DNA of 64,000 bases from Flectonema sp. DT1601 (lineage: Eukaryota): contig OZ025782.1 of the NCBI GenBank assembly GCA_964019425.1, forward strand, positions 620,001 through 684,000, read 5' to 3'. Numbering within the stretch: the first letter of the stretch is position 1; the number at the start of each line of letters is the position of its first letter. Shown here in pieces: positions 35,135-47,301 of this stretch. A program made the position numbers and the translations under genes. The notes beneath the pieces were generated by a model. The model did not search any database and was not told the DNA's origin. It worked only from the letters and a program-made list of their open reading frames with translations.

Positions 35135-37975
35135 ATGAAGATCTTCCCCACAACAGCAGTACTGTTGGTAACATTGATATCGTGTGTGCAGTCGGCATGT
35201 GTGACTGATGCTGACTGTTGTTCTGGGACGTGTGTTGCTGAAGTTTGCTCATGTCCGAATGGATGGAATGGACAACAGTGCTGTGAATTATCTCCATCAG
35301 ATGAACCACACCAGGTTATTAGTATTAGTGGAAAACGTGTGTACGGAATGGGAATTGGGTACGGATTCCCATTTAATATTATGTACACCACTTCCTTTGA
35401 TGATGTTACAAACAGACCATTCGTGTTTGAAGGTGTTGCGTCTTACGCATACTATATGAGACCAAACTTTGTTGGAAACAGTGACCGTCCTTTTATGGCA
35501 ATTGATTCTGCGAGTGAACCGTCTCTGTTCAAAGGAAGTACTGGATACAATATGTTGGTGACCATACCAGAAAACGGTGAAGGAAGTAAATGCACTACCA
35601 GAGTAGTATTGGCTTCAACTGGTAGAGGAACACTTGATGCAGACAACTGGAATACTCCTTGGATATTAAACAGAACTAGAAACGTTATCCCGACTTCATC
35701 TTGTATTATGTCGCCAACTTATCAAACTTATAATTCAATTCACTACATCGCTTATGCTGTATTTCCAGAGTCTGCTTTTACTGTTAATTACACCGCTTCG
35801 AAAAAAATTGGTATTGCCTCTAGTCCAACTGCTGAAGGTCCATACACAGTCCTTACTGAGGATATTGGTGTTGAGGGTTGGCAACCAAAATTAATTGCAA
35901 ATGGAAAGAAGATAACATTATTATTACACACCTCCAGTGGTATTATTGGAAGGTACTCTGTTGATGGTAAACAATGGTCGGCTAGCTTTGACCGAAGACC
36001 ATTGTTATCTTCTTCTTCTGGTAAATTCACTGACAGAATCGTATTGTATGTAGGTGACGAGGGATTGTTTTCATCTATGTTTGACGGTACTAAATATTTA
36101 GTTGTAAAACAATCTCTCGTGATGCCTTCAATCGAATCTGTTGAAAGTCAAACAAAGGCACTACCAATAACAACGAAGCCTTCGGGTACTAAATCTGTTA
36201 AGATGACATACATACATCCAGTCTGCAAACAGTTTAATGCTGTTAACTGGTACGAACCTTCTTGTTGGTCACCAGCTATGGTTCCAAGTGAACAAACTGC
36301 GGTTGTAGTCAAAGGAATTGACATTACAATTAACTCAACGAGTGTCATGGACTTACCGAAAAGGTGTTTATCACGTGTGTTCTCAATCCATTCTCTTGAA
36401 GTTTTAGGAGGTACGGTTACGATAATTGATGGTACTTTACAACTATTGGAGGATTCATCTATTGATTCCAGATCGGCTGTTTATATTAAAGCAACTGGAG
36501 ATACTTCATGTGCTAGAGGAGTAACAGATCCATTAAGAAATGATACCATCCAACAGTCTGGTAAACTGATGTCATGTGGACAACTTCTTGCTGGATTCTC
36601 ACCTCGTATATGTGGTGGTCACATACTTGTAAGTGGTAACCTGACTGTCTCAGGATTGTACGCTTCTCTGTTTTCAAGATCAACAGTATCAGTTGGAGGT
36701 AATCTGAACATCCAACAGGAAGGGTTCTTGTGGGGTGCGACAACTAACTTCGGAACTGTTAACACTGGAGTCATGTTCTGGCACACCGCTTTACTGAATG
36801 AAGGAACTGGTGTCTTGAACATTGGTAGTTCCGGCCCACTGAACTACGATGGATATCTGTCTGAAATACAAGTCAACCCTGCGATTAATAATTTCGGTAC
36901 CGCAGCCGTTACTGGTGGTCAAATTCTTGGATACAAAGGAGAAGTTGCCACATACATCGGTAAGTTTATTAACAATGTTGGTGCTAAGCTTCTTGTCTCT
37001 TCAGGTGTGGTGGTGGGACAGCGATGGAAAATCGACAACTTTGGTGACACGAAATTTGCAGCGGCATCACAGTATGGAACAACAGTAATCCACGGAGCAT
37101 TTAACAATTACGGTTCGATTCAAATTTCTAACAATGTAGCGTTCTCATACTACACTTGTCATGAGTGTCAAATGGTAGTCATGCCAAAGGCTCAGCTTAA
37201 TTTCATGGCATCGTCGAGACCAAGTAACCATTTGGTTGAAAGACTATCAAACCCAGGAAACGCTCTGTCTCGTATTGAAGTCTGCACAGATGGACTTTGT
37301 GACAAACATGCTTGTCCATATCCAATGGAAAGCCACACTCCTTGTACTACCTCTTCAGGTGTAATGGGAGTCCAAGCTTACAATAATATTGCTGATCAGT
37401 TTTGCTATGCTTGTGAAGTCGGTTCTTCCCTCGACCGCAGAATCTCATCTTCGGCTGCTAAGAGAGGAGAAGTTGGTAGCTCATCGACAAGTGATGATGA
37501 AAGAAATGTTGCGGCTCAGTCGGCACCAATAGAAAGCTCGTCCATTACAATCTCTAACGGGAGGTTTTCTGGAGGTGGTCGTGTAGTTTGCAGTGTCCCT
37601 GTTTACGTAAAGGGACACTCTGGACTACGCATGTCAGACGTTTCTTTATACAGCACTGTCGAGTATGGATTAGATGCTCTGAGTGGACATGGTCCAATCT
37701 CTGTTGAGAAGTCAGCTGTTCTATCGATCGGAATTAACAGTGTGTTGGCTAATTCTCATATCTCTGTTAAGTCTGGTGGAGTTCTTCATATTGATAGTCA
37801 CAGCGAAGTACGTGCTTTGAACACAACTATTATTGTTCCAAAAGGATCGGATATGCGGGTTGATGGAACATTGCATTTGGATGACTTTTCAAACTTTAAA
37901 GTTTGTGGTAAATCATCGGGTGTTGGTACCCTTCACTTCACATCAAACTCTGCTCACAACATAGATCGTTGTTAG
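35135..37975 (+). CDS. Secreted protein: signal peptide, EGF-like module, probable GH43-like beta-propeller, beta-helix-like region
   Basis: MKIFPTTAVLLVTLISCVQS signal; CSCPNGWNGQQC; KIGIASSPTAEGPY; NWYEPSCWSPAMVP followed by N-x-G repeats. Confidence 0.7.
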   Translation: MKIFPTTAVLLVTLISCVQSACVTDADCCSGTCVAEVCSCPNGWNGQQCCELSPSDEPHQVISISGKRVYGMGIGYGFPFNIMYTTSFDDVTNRPFVFEGVASYAYYMRPNFVGNSDRPFMAIDSASEPSLFKGSTGYNMLVTIPENGEGSKCTTRVVLASTGRGTLDADNWNTPWILNRTRNVIPTSSCIMSPTYQTYNSIHYIAYAVFPESAFTVNYTASKKIGIASSPTAEGPYTVLTEDIGVEGWQPKLIANGKKITLLLHTSSGIIGRYSVDGKQWSASFDRRPLLSSSSGKFTDRIVLYVGDEGLFSSMFDGTKYLVVKQSLVMPSIESVESQTKALPITTKPSGTKSVKMTYIHPVCKQFNAVNWYEPSCWSPAMVPSEQTAVVVKGIDITINSTSVMDLPKRCLSRVFSIHSLEVLGGTVTIIDGTLQLLEDSSIDSRSAVYIKATGDTSCARGVTDPLRNDTIQQSGKLMSCGQLLAGFSPRICGGHILVSGNLTVSGLYASLFSRSTVSVGGNLNIQQEGFLWGATTNFGTVNTGVMFWHTALLNEGTGVLNIGSSGPLNYDGYLSEIQVNPAINNFGTAAVTGGQILGYKGEVATYIGKFINNVGAKLLVSSGVVVGQRWKIDNFGDTKFAAASQYGTTVIHGAFNNYGSIQISNNVAFSYYTCHECQMVVMPKAQLNFMASSRPSNHLVERLSNPGNALSRIEVCTDGLCDKHACPYPMESHTPCTTSSGVMGVQAYNNIADQFCYACEVGSSLDRRISSSAAKRGEVGSSSTSDDERNVAAQSAPIESSSITISNGRFSGGGRVVCSVPVYVKGHSGLRMSDVSLYSTVEYGLDALSGHGPISVEKSAVLSIGINSVLANSHISVKSGGVLHIDSHSEVRALNTTIIVPKGSDMRVDGTLHLDDFSNFKVCGKSSGVGTLHFTSNSAHNIDRC

Positions 37976-39757
37976 TGAACTGGAGTGTTGAAATAAAGAA
38001 CTATTTTTTTTTTTTATTTCTTTTTGTTGACAAAATTTTCAAAAATAATTAAACAAAACCGCGCACAATTATTTGTGAGGTATGATGCTTTCATTCTTTT
38101 GTTCCTCTTCCCTTCCCTTCCCTTCCCTTTTTTTGATTTTAAATTTTTTATTTTTATTTGTACCAACAACAAATGATGCTGCAGCACCAAAAAAATAATA
38201 ATGTTTTGCTCAACTTGGAGCTCCATCTGTTGGTAATTTAGTTTCCCTTTGATCTGGTGATCCAACAGTTGTACTCAAAATTCCTTTTGTATTTATATGA
38301 AAGGAAATCAACTGTCTTATTCACTTCCTCACTATTTCCTTTTTCAGAATATTTAATTGTCGTCGCTGTCTTCAATTCAAATCAAGACAAAGCTTCATTG
38401 CTAGACGCTTAAATCTCCAAAGCTTGTGCGAATAGTCTCTCTGTTTGCTTTCTATATTTGCATTGACGCCCATTTCGGTTATTCCTATACTGGAACCAAT
38501 GTGTGTGATGGTAGAGGATTTCGTGTAGACGTGGTCTTCTTTCCTTAAAAAAAGCTATCTTTTTTTTTTTAAAAAAGAAAGTTATTTTAATGTATTGCCA
38601 GAGGGGGGGGGTAGCTAAAAATGCAGTATCGAATTACCCCGTATTATCTTTGACAACGATTTCTGGATACTTATATAGCTAATTATTTTAGTTATGTACG
38701 GATGTAGTGCGTTATCTTTGCTTTTTTTTTTAGCTGCTGTTTTAAAAATGAAACATAATCTTCTGTAAAGTTTATTAGTGTTTCTACATTGTCAAAACCG
38801 TCACTTCCCTATTATCTTTTACGGCAATGAGATGAATGGTTGGCTTATTTACAGACATTTAGACATTGTATTGCAATTGAGCTTTCTCTTGCCTGTTATT
38901 GTTTTTCTGAGTTAGGCCGTTCCATAATCTCGTAGCAAGTAGAAGGTAACGTGCTATTTTCCCTCCTTCCTTCCTTCCTTCCTTTTACTATTATTCTTCA
39001 GTCAAAAAATACTTTTGATGTTAATTTCTTTTTGTATTAATACCTAAAGTTGTTTACTTGATGAGTTTTGCAATTGTAAAAGTTTTTTCACTCCTCTTCC
39101 TTCCCAGATTATCTCCCAACTAACCACGGCATAAGGCATCCTTAGTCGTGGTGTGTCTCCTTCCAAACGCAATAAACTTATATCACTGAAATGACAAACC
39201 TTGAGAGCAGAATAGTACTTCAAGGTTATGCATGAAGATTCTCACGATACTTGTGAGATTTCTACATTTTGAATAAAACAATTGGAGAATAACATATTTG
39301 ATATTCACAAAAATTAAGTTATAAACTTAATTTCTGTGAATATTACGTCGTTTCTTTATCAAAACAACGTGAATTATGTAACTCTCTGACGTTAAGATTG
39401 AATTATTTTCTTAAATAAGTGATTATTGATTAATTTTTTTTTTTTTAAAAAAAAAAATACGTTTTATTTCTGTCTCAGGGATTACATTACGATTTAAACG
39501 ATTACTTCGAAATAACTCGATTTCGTACTGCAAAAAGATAAATTAGTAAAAAAACATTAATCATATTGTGGAGTCTTTTACAACATTTACAGATTTTTGT
39601 AAAAAGAAATGTTTTTTTTTTTTTTTCATATTTGATGAAGACAAACAGATAATGATTAATTACCCCTGCTGAGTTGATTGTTAAATCCTTCTTTCATACC
39701 ACGCCGGTGATTCATTGTTGTTTAGTCATATATGTTGCATAACTCAGACATATGAAA

Positions 39758-39797
<40 letters not shown>

Positions 39798-39855
39798 GAT
39801 GTTTAGCTTTATCCTCTCTGAGAGCAAACTGAAAGAAGATTCCAATTTCTGCATG

Positions 39856-39903
39856 TTAGACTTATTCTTTCGAGCGTTAGAATTATTCTTTCGAGCCTTA
39901 GAA
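39856..39903. repeat. 21-bp tandem repeat, ~2.3 copies
   Basis: TTAGACTTATTCTTTCGAGCG TTAGAATTATTCTTTCGAGCC TTAGAA. Confidence 0.8.
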
Positions 39904-40289
39904 AAAACCTTTCAGTGAGATTTCCCCCCCCCTTAAAATATGAATTCTCCCAAAATCATATTAGGACAGCTTGTTGTGCGCTAGCAAAGTAATTTTCGTC
40001 GAGTGTGTGTTGTTTAGTTAATGATATCTATTTAAGTTATCTTTGTACCTCGTTGAGCGCAAAACAGAACCCTGTCTCGGGAGATCCATCATACCCGTAC
40101 GCTATATCGAACTCGCGTACAATCATATGCAATATGAACAAATAGTCTTGGTTTCTTTCCCCTTTCCCGTTTACTCCTTTATCCAGAAGCAATTCGTTGT
40201 TTCAACACTGTTTTTAGTAAAGAAGGTTATTGTTATTTTATAAATTATTTTATTTACAGAAATTCTGATAAGTAAATAAGTCTGCAAAT

Positions 40290-41348
40290 ATGACGAAGTC
40301 AACACCTCAAAAGAAAGTTTTCAAGAAGACACCAGAACCTGTATTCAAGAAAACTATTGTTTCACCGGTTAAGAGGAAGATTGTCGTCAGTAAGTTGAAG
40401 AAGAGAGAAGTGCAACCAACTTCTTCTATCGAACAAACAAAGGTATTGGTTGACACTTTGCAAGACAGCACAAATTACGTTGAGAGAATTGCACATGCTG
40501 AAGTGCTTGCTGCAAAACAGCAAAAAATTATAAACACTTTGCAGACTGAGGTCGATGAGATCAAGAAAAGCTCAAAAAAGAGGAAGCAGGAAGCCGAACT
40601 AATTGGAATCATCCGCCTGGACGACGGACTCGATCATTCTGACATGGCAGTCCCGGGTGATATTGTTCAGGATTCAACTTTCTCATTTAAGACTGAACAA
40701 GTTGTTTGTAAAGGACTCACTCTTGAAGTCGCTAAGGATGCTATTTCGAAGTCCAAGAAAACAGCTCACGGCACGCGCATCGCCGTACCTCCTGCAATAA
40801 AGAAGAATCTGGAGAAATGTGTAAGAAGACTTGAAAAAGATGGCGTTCTCGGTATCACTGGTGACTCTGGTTTCTTGCAATACTACCAGGACTGTGTTGG
40901 AAACATGACTGACCTTCCAGTCTTCCTCTCAAGTTTAATGCAGTGCGGTGCCCTCGCCACTGCATACCAATCGGATGAGAAGATTCTTGTTTTGACAGCA
41001 GACAGTGCAATCTTGGATCAGCAAACTATGTTAAAGTTGCTTGATGCGATTCACTTAGAGGCAAGTGTCGCTCCAAGATTTCATATTCTTGGGTGTCAAG
41101 ACATCCCTGGCCTTGATGATCTCATGAAGGGAAAGGACGTGTATCTTCCTCAAATCTCACAGTCGCTTGTTCACTTAGTCCAGAAAGAGATTACTAAGCA
41201 CCCGGATATCAAAGCAATGTTGTTGGAGTGTACTGAACTTCCAACATTTGGTGACGCTCTCAGGGAGGAGTTCAATATGCCAGTGTTCGATGCTGTTACT
41301 CTTATTAATCACTTTCACTCATCGAAGATGGATAATCCACGTTACTAG
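40290..41348 (+). CDS. Asp/Glu/hydantoin racemase-family protein, copy A, with Lys-rich N-terminus
   Basis: GIIRLD...VPGDI, LEKDGVLGITGDSGF, LPVFLSSLMQ, LVLTAD, AMLLECTELP, PVFDAVTL. Confidence 0.8.
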   Translation: MTKSTPQKKVFKKTPEPVFKKTIVSPVKRKIVVSKLKKREVQPTSSIEQTKVLVDTLQDSTNYVERIAHAEVLAAKQQKIINTLQTEVDEIKKSSKKRKQEAELIGIIRLDDGLDHSDMAVPGDIVQDSTFSFKTEQVVCKGLTLEVAKDAISKSKKTAHGTRIAVPPAIKKNLEKCVRRLEKDGVLGITGDSGFLQYYQDCVGNMTDLPVFLSSLMQCGALATAYQSDEKILVLTADSAILDQQTMLKLLDAIHLEASVAPRFHILGCQDIPGLDDLMKGKDVYLPQISQSLVHLVQKEITKHPDIKAMLLECTELPTFGDALREEFNMPVFDAVTLINHFHSSKMDNPRY

Positions 41349-42659
41349 ATCGGAACCAAACGACAATTTACGTTATATTGTCCTAGAAAAAAGAAATGCA
41401 AATCTGCATATAAAAAACAGGAAGAAAAAAAGAATAACGAACGCAGCAAAAATGGAAGAAATGTTCGTTCTGTTCATGTATGGATGTGCATAGAGAAATG
41501 TAAGTAAATAAACAATGATACGAAAAAAAAAAAAAAATAGTAATGAACGAAGAAAACGAAATCAATATATCGCTTCGTATTCTAGAACACGAGACAGTCC
41601 TGCTGTGTTCTTGGCATGTTCCACTCTGTATTTTTTACCCTCTTTTCCCCCCCCTGTTCTCAACACTAACATTGCCTTTACTCACTGTATCTAAAACTGG
41701 TGCTAAATTATCGTTATGTTGTTTATGATACAATACATTTGTATTTTACGTACAAATCAAACAGTTAACCCCCCCCCTGTTCTCAATTTCCCCCAAACGA
41801 TTACCAATTTCAAATACAAATGAGAATTACTCCCATAACAATTTTCATTAGTTTTTACTGGAAAAAAAAAAAAAAAAAAAAAAAAAAAATAACCGCAAAA
41901 AAAAAAAAAAAAAGATATCCCTTTAATCAATCAATAAGACTTAAAGATTGAGACTGGGATTAACTTCTGAGGTTCAACGTGGGGGGGGTTCGTAGGTATA
42001 CACGGAAAATTGAAACTTTCCCTTGATAGTATGTGTGGATCAACTTCACTTCTATCTCATACCATTAGAGTTGAAGAGTTCGTGTCAGAGATATTCATCC
42101 CAATGCCAGTTTCAGTTTGCCAAAACAATTTTTGTGAGCCAGAGCGCCACAATAAGATTGTTAGCAATGTGGCTGCTGTTGGCCGATACTTATTTATGGG
42201 GGAAAAAAATAAAAAAAAAAAATAAAATAAAAGTAGTACGCTTTCTTTTTTTCCTTTTCATTTTTTGTTTCCTCTTTTCAACACTAATGTGTGACTTTTT
42301 CGTTATTCTGTTAATAACCTCCTCCTGTTGTATTTTATGGGTTATATTGATGTTTTATTTTATTTTTTTACTTTGTTTTTCCTAAACGTTCGTTGTTCTG
42401 AACGGTTAGCCTTTTTTTTCGATCGAATTACCCAACGATTAGCAGCTGCTATCATGTAGGTGAATTTAAAAATAAAATAAACAAAACGGACATGTCCCGT
42501 TGCTTCAATTCTACATTACAGTTTTTGCATACAATAAAATGAGCAATAATATCGCACAGCTTTCCATTATGAAGCGAGAATCTTTTTTTTTTTTTTTTTT
42601 GAGAGCTTTTTAGCTTACATTGTCCCATAGTCTAAACACGCAACAAAAACTAAAAAAAA

Positions 42660-43748
42660 ATGGCAAAATCGACACCGCAAACGAGGGTTGCAAAGCAGCC
42701 TGCCAAGAAGACTCGCATTCCGGAGCCTACAAAGCCGGTAAAGACTGCTGTAGTTGTAAAGAAGGCAGCAAAGGTTACTGTGAGTAAGTTGAAGAAGAAC
42801 GAGCCTGCAGCAAAGCCTGCTTCCACAATTAACAAAACCAAAGAATTGGTTATTCAATTAGAGGAGAGTGAGAACATTGATCAAAGAATTGCGCATGCCA
42901 ATGAACTCGGTGCAAGACAAGCTGCGATAATAAACGAACTGCAGACTGAGATCGATGAGATCAAGAAAAGCTCAAAAAAGAGGAAGCAGGAAGCCGAACT
43001 AATTGGAATCATCCGCCTGGACGACGGACTCGATCATTCCGACATGGCAGTCCCGGGTGATATTGTTGAGGATTCAACTTTCTCATTTAAGACTGAACAA
43101 GTTGTTTGTAAAGGACTCACTCTTGAAGTCGCTAAGGATGCTATTTCGAAGTCCAAGAAAACAGCTCACGGCACGCGCATCGCCGTACCTCCTGCAATAA
43201 AGAAGAATCTGGAGAAATGTGTAAGAAGACTTGAAAAAGATGGCGTGCTCGGTATCACTGGTGACTCTGGTTTCTTGCAATACTACCAGGACTGTGTTGG
43301 AAACATGACTGACCTTCCAGTCTTCCTCTCAAGTTTAATGCAGTGCGGTGCCCTCGCCACTGCATACCAATCGGATGAGAAGATTCTTGTTTTGACAGCA
43401 GACAGTACAATCTTGGATCAGCAAACTATGTTAAAGTTGCTTGATGCGATTCACTTAGAGGCAAGTGCCGCTCCAAGATTTCATATTCTTGGGTGTCAAG
43501 ACATCCCTGGCCTTGATGATCTCATGAAGGGAAAGGACGTGTATCTTCCTCAAATCTCACAGTCGCTTGTTCACTTAGTCCAGAAAGAGATTACTAAGCA
43601 CCCGGATATCAGAGCAATGTTGTTGGAGTGTACTGAACTTCCAACATTTGGTGACGCTCTCAGGGAGGAGTTCAATATGCCAGTGTTCGATGCTGTTACT
43701 CTTATTAATCACTTTCACTCATCGAAGATGGATAATCCACGTTACTAG
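42660..43748 (+). CDS. Asp/Glu/hydantoin racemase-family protein, copy B
   Basis: Same motifs; last 810 bp are near-identical to copy A at an offset of 2400 bp. Confidence 0.8.
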   Translation: MAKSTPQTRVAKQPAKKTRIPEPTKPVKTAVVVKKAAKVTVSKLKKNEPAAKPASTINKTKELVIQLEESENIDQRIAHANELGARQAAIINELQTEIDEIKKSSKKRKQEAELIGIIRLDDGLDHSDMAVPGDIVEDSTFSFKTEQVVCKGLTLEVAKDAISKSKKTAHGTRIAVPPAIKKNLEKCVRRLEKDGVLGITGDSGFLQYYQDCVGNMTDLPVFLSSLMQCGALATAYQSDEKILVLTADSTILDQQTMLKLLDAIHLEASAAPRFHILGCQDIPGLDDLMKGKDVYLPQISQSLVHLVQKEITKHPDIRAMLLECTELPTFGDALREEFNMPVFDAVTLINHFHSSKMDNPRY

Positions 43749-44424
43749 ATTGCCATGTGTGGGGTTGTGCAGCGGACTCATCAAATATTTTCCTTTCTCT
43801 TTTGTTTTTCTTTCACCAATTGAGACTATGGACGCTAGCTGCGATTCGTTATACCACAGAAAGAAAAAGAAGTCTTGTGGCTGAGTAAAATTTTCTCGCA
43901 CTACTTGTGTATCATTTTATTCCCCTTGTCGTTTGTTTTTTTTTCTCTCTTGTTTTTTGCCGTGCGAATTCTTTGTTTTTTTTCACTTCCACCAACCTTA
44001 AGGAATGTGAAGTACAAAGTACCAAGCAATCGACTTTCTTTATCTTCGAACGACGTCAGTAAGCATGCAAGTTCTTCTTGGAAACTGAGAAGAAGTCTTG
44101 TTCGACTGATTGTTTCCCTGAAGTGTTGTGGGGTGTTCGTTGCTTCTTGCGGAGTTACTTACTATCGTGCGTCTGTGTTGTCTTGTTGGTTACGTTCTAG
44201 TTGAACTTTTTTTTTTTTTTTTTGATTTTTTATTGTTATCGGCAAGGTTACTCGCGCTGAGAAAAAAACTTTACGAAAAAAAAAAAAGAAAAAAAAACTC
44301 CTCAAAGACTCCAAAAATAATAAAGAAATAATTCTGAAAGAGGGAAAAAAAAAAAAAAAAAAATAATAAAAAAAATAAATCTACTTTTCTCTTTGGAGCA
44401 CTAAAAAAAAAAACAGTTTTATTA

Positions 44425-44425
<1 letters not shown>

Positions 44426-44485
<60 letters not shown>
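44426..44485. repeat. (ATT)~20 microsatellite
   Basis: Read directly. Confidence 0.95.
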
Positions 44486-44797
44486 TTTTTTTTAAATTAA
44501 TTCTTTTTGGAGAAAAAAATGTGTTGTTGGTTTGAATTTCCTTTTTCACCTTCAGTCAGCTGTATCATAAATTACTAATTATTTACATTAGTTAACTTTT
44601 TGATACAATACAGATATTTATGTTTACCATAAATATCTGAATAAATATGCTCAAACAATTGTCAAAGCTGTCACTCCCCTTGCATAAGGTAAAAAATGAA
44701 GAATGTTTGATACGTCCTTTCCGGCTCTCGCAGTCTGACAGGACAATTTTGCATTTTTTTTTTTCCACACAACTAAAAATAATCGCATGATTGGGAA

Positions 44798-44828
<31 letters not shown>

Positions 44829-46186
44829 GAAAAAAAAGGGGGAAATTAGACAATTGCCTGCTCTTTTTATCATGTTAATCGGTTTTTTAAAAAAACACCC
44901 ATCTCAAGTAGAGAAAAGTCTTGCAATATTCACAACGGGTCTGTTTGATGCAGTACGAACTTAGCAAGTCGTTTCATAGCTGCTACGTGAGCATCAAGCA
45001 GCCTGTTATATCTCTTTTTTTTCTTCTTTTTTTCTTTTTTTTTTTTTTTTTTGTGAGACTAATATTTACTTTGTGTATCATGGTTAATTAATCAGGATGA
45101 GCACTTTATCAAAGGGATCGGGAAACTTTTTTTTTCTTCTTTTTTTTTTTTTTCTTAAATACTACCGAACGATAAGAGACGTCCTTCTTTTTTAGGGAGT
45201 GTGGGATATGCAATGGAGAACGAACTGTTAAAAAAAAAAAACTGATTGTTCTAACTATCCTTCAGAAGACTTGAAAAAAGTTAAACAAAGATCTTGTTTA
45301 GCGAAGATTAAGACTTCATCACTTCTCATCCCTCACACTTCAAATCGACACAGCGTTCTTTCATCAGTCTTTTACCTCGTGAACTATCCTTTCTTGTTTC
45401 AGCTGTAGTTAATTTTTTTTTAATTTTTTAAACTTTTTTTTTTAATACTTTTTATTTTTATTTTTTTGCTAGTAAGGCTGGTTTTGCCATTGGAAAAAAA
45501 GTTAAAGTTAAATCAAACAATCGACTAAAAATATCTTCAGTCTTCCTCCAAAGACTGGTTACAAAAAAAAAAAAAAAAAAAAGAATTAAATCTCGGGTCC
45601 ATTTTTAAAACTAACTCACGTTGTTGTTGGTTAATCATACGTAAAAGGGAAATACCTTTTTTTTACGTTGTTGTTTTTTTTTCCTTTCTTTTTCTTGTTA
45701 TTTTAATTTTTTTTTATTTTTATTCATTTTCCCCCCTCGCCATTCCCTTCCCATTCTTTTATATCTTCGAGCGCTTTTCTTGGGCTGCGCAACTCTAACC
45801 ATTTGGGAGTCTTGCGTGGTTTCTGAGATTATGTAATTTGGACGCACTTAGCTAGTCTCGTCTCATTATTCACGGGCCCTGCGAAAATCAGGCCTCAGTC
45901 AGAAATAAACGTGATGTCTTAGTCCACAGCGACTAAACGAGAACAGAAAAAAAAAAAAAAAGTTTGACAAGGCTGAAACACACCTTCCCGTGTGTCTCTT
46001 TGTAACGAACCAAAAACCCATGTACTTCCTATTATCGCTCGATTCTTCTCACTACGCTAAAATTATTTTTTGTTGTGGCAGTACATTATTAAATGGTATT
46101 ACCCTCTATCATTATCTCCACAAGGTACAATTCAACAATAGTATTATTATAATGGTATCTATTTAGACGAATTCTGTGTGTTTGCG

Positions 46187-47267
46187 ATGTTGGAAACATG
46201 GGAAGTCTTCGACCTTGAGAATGCCGAATTAGAAGCTTACAGAAATGATATTACGGAAAAGCTGAGAATCGGTAGCCTTGACAATCAACTGCTTGCGTTA
46301 TTGAAAGTTCTCGATCAGGAAGTTGAGGAGAGAGAATTGACGAGGTCTGTTTTGGCATTTGCAGCATCACCACCTGAGTTAGAATCACCGAAATTACTTC
46401 CTCTTCCTCCTGTTTTTATTGGAAGCAAAACACCAACTGATGGAGGAACAAGTAATTATACTACTGATAGCCCTATATCCCTTCCAACCCCTGCTGATAC
46501 CCCTCCTACCTCAAGTTCAATTCCGTCCTATGCACCTGACAGAGTATTTCCTCTAAACAGTGATCCCAGTCGCATTGTCATCAAGCAAGATATTACTTAT
46601 GATTGTTTCGTTGCTAAGACGAAATTTAATACAAATAAACCAACGCGTAGACGACTTAGAAAGATTGAAGACACCGGTAACGATACGAAGCAAACCAACG
46701 TTCAAAGACATGCATCAACACCATCACCACAATCAGCTCCTATTATCTGTACTATCGACTTGTTGCGAAGGCGAGCAGCATCTGTGATTGCATCCAAGCC
46801 GCAGCAATTGCCTTCTCCGGGTAAGCAAAAGGGTGCTAGGAGAGCAAGTAAGTGTGCCGTGTGCGTTTCGCTTGTTGTAATTATAAAAGCATCACAGGAC
46901 GTTTCTCAACTGATAGAGACATCTGGAAGCGCTGTGCTAACACTTTCCTCAGTAATAAGTTCCCTAGTGTGTTCTAACTCTGTCTTGCGAAGAAGAGATT
47001 TAATTAGTTGTTGTGTTGCCTCGTCGGTCTTAGTCGTTGTTATTGCAAACAACGACGTGAAACTACTGTTTGACTCTTTATCACAAAGTTGTTATGCAGC
47101 ATCTTTATCTGTTTGTTGTTTAGAAGTGTTGTTGATAACTCAAACACGAATTTTCTTCAACACCGAAAGCGAGAACCGAAAGAAAATAACACATTCAGAA
47201 TCCCAACGTCGAATTGATGTGTCAACTGTTCTTTCGACTTTGACTATTGAGGCTTGTGCTGAAGCAG

Positions 47268-47301
<34 letters not shown>

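Noticed and set aside
41647..41786. C-run+TGTTCTCAA occurring twice ~120 bp apart
   Set aside because: Short and half homopolymer; no element structure between the copies
43900..44160. Exon-like stretch open on both strands
   Set aside because: No start or splice context and no recognisable motif
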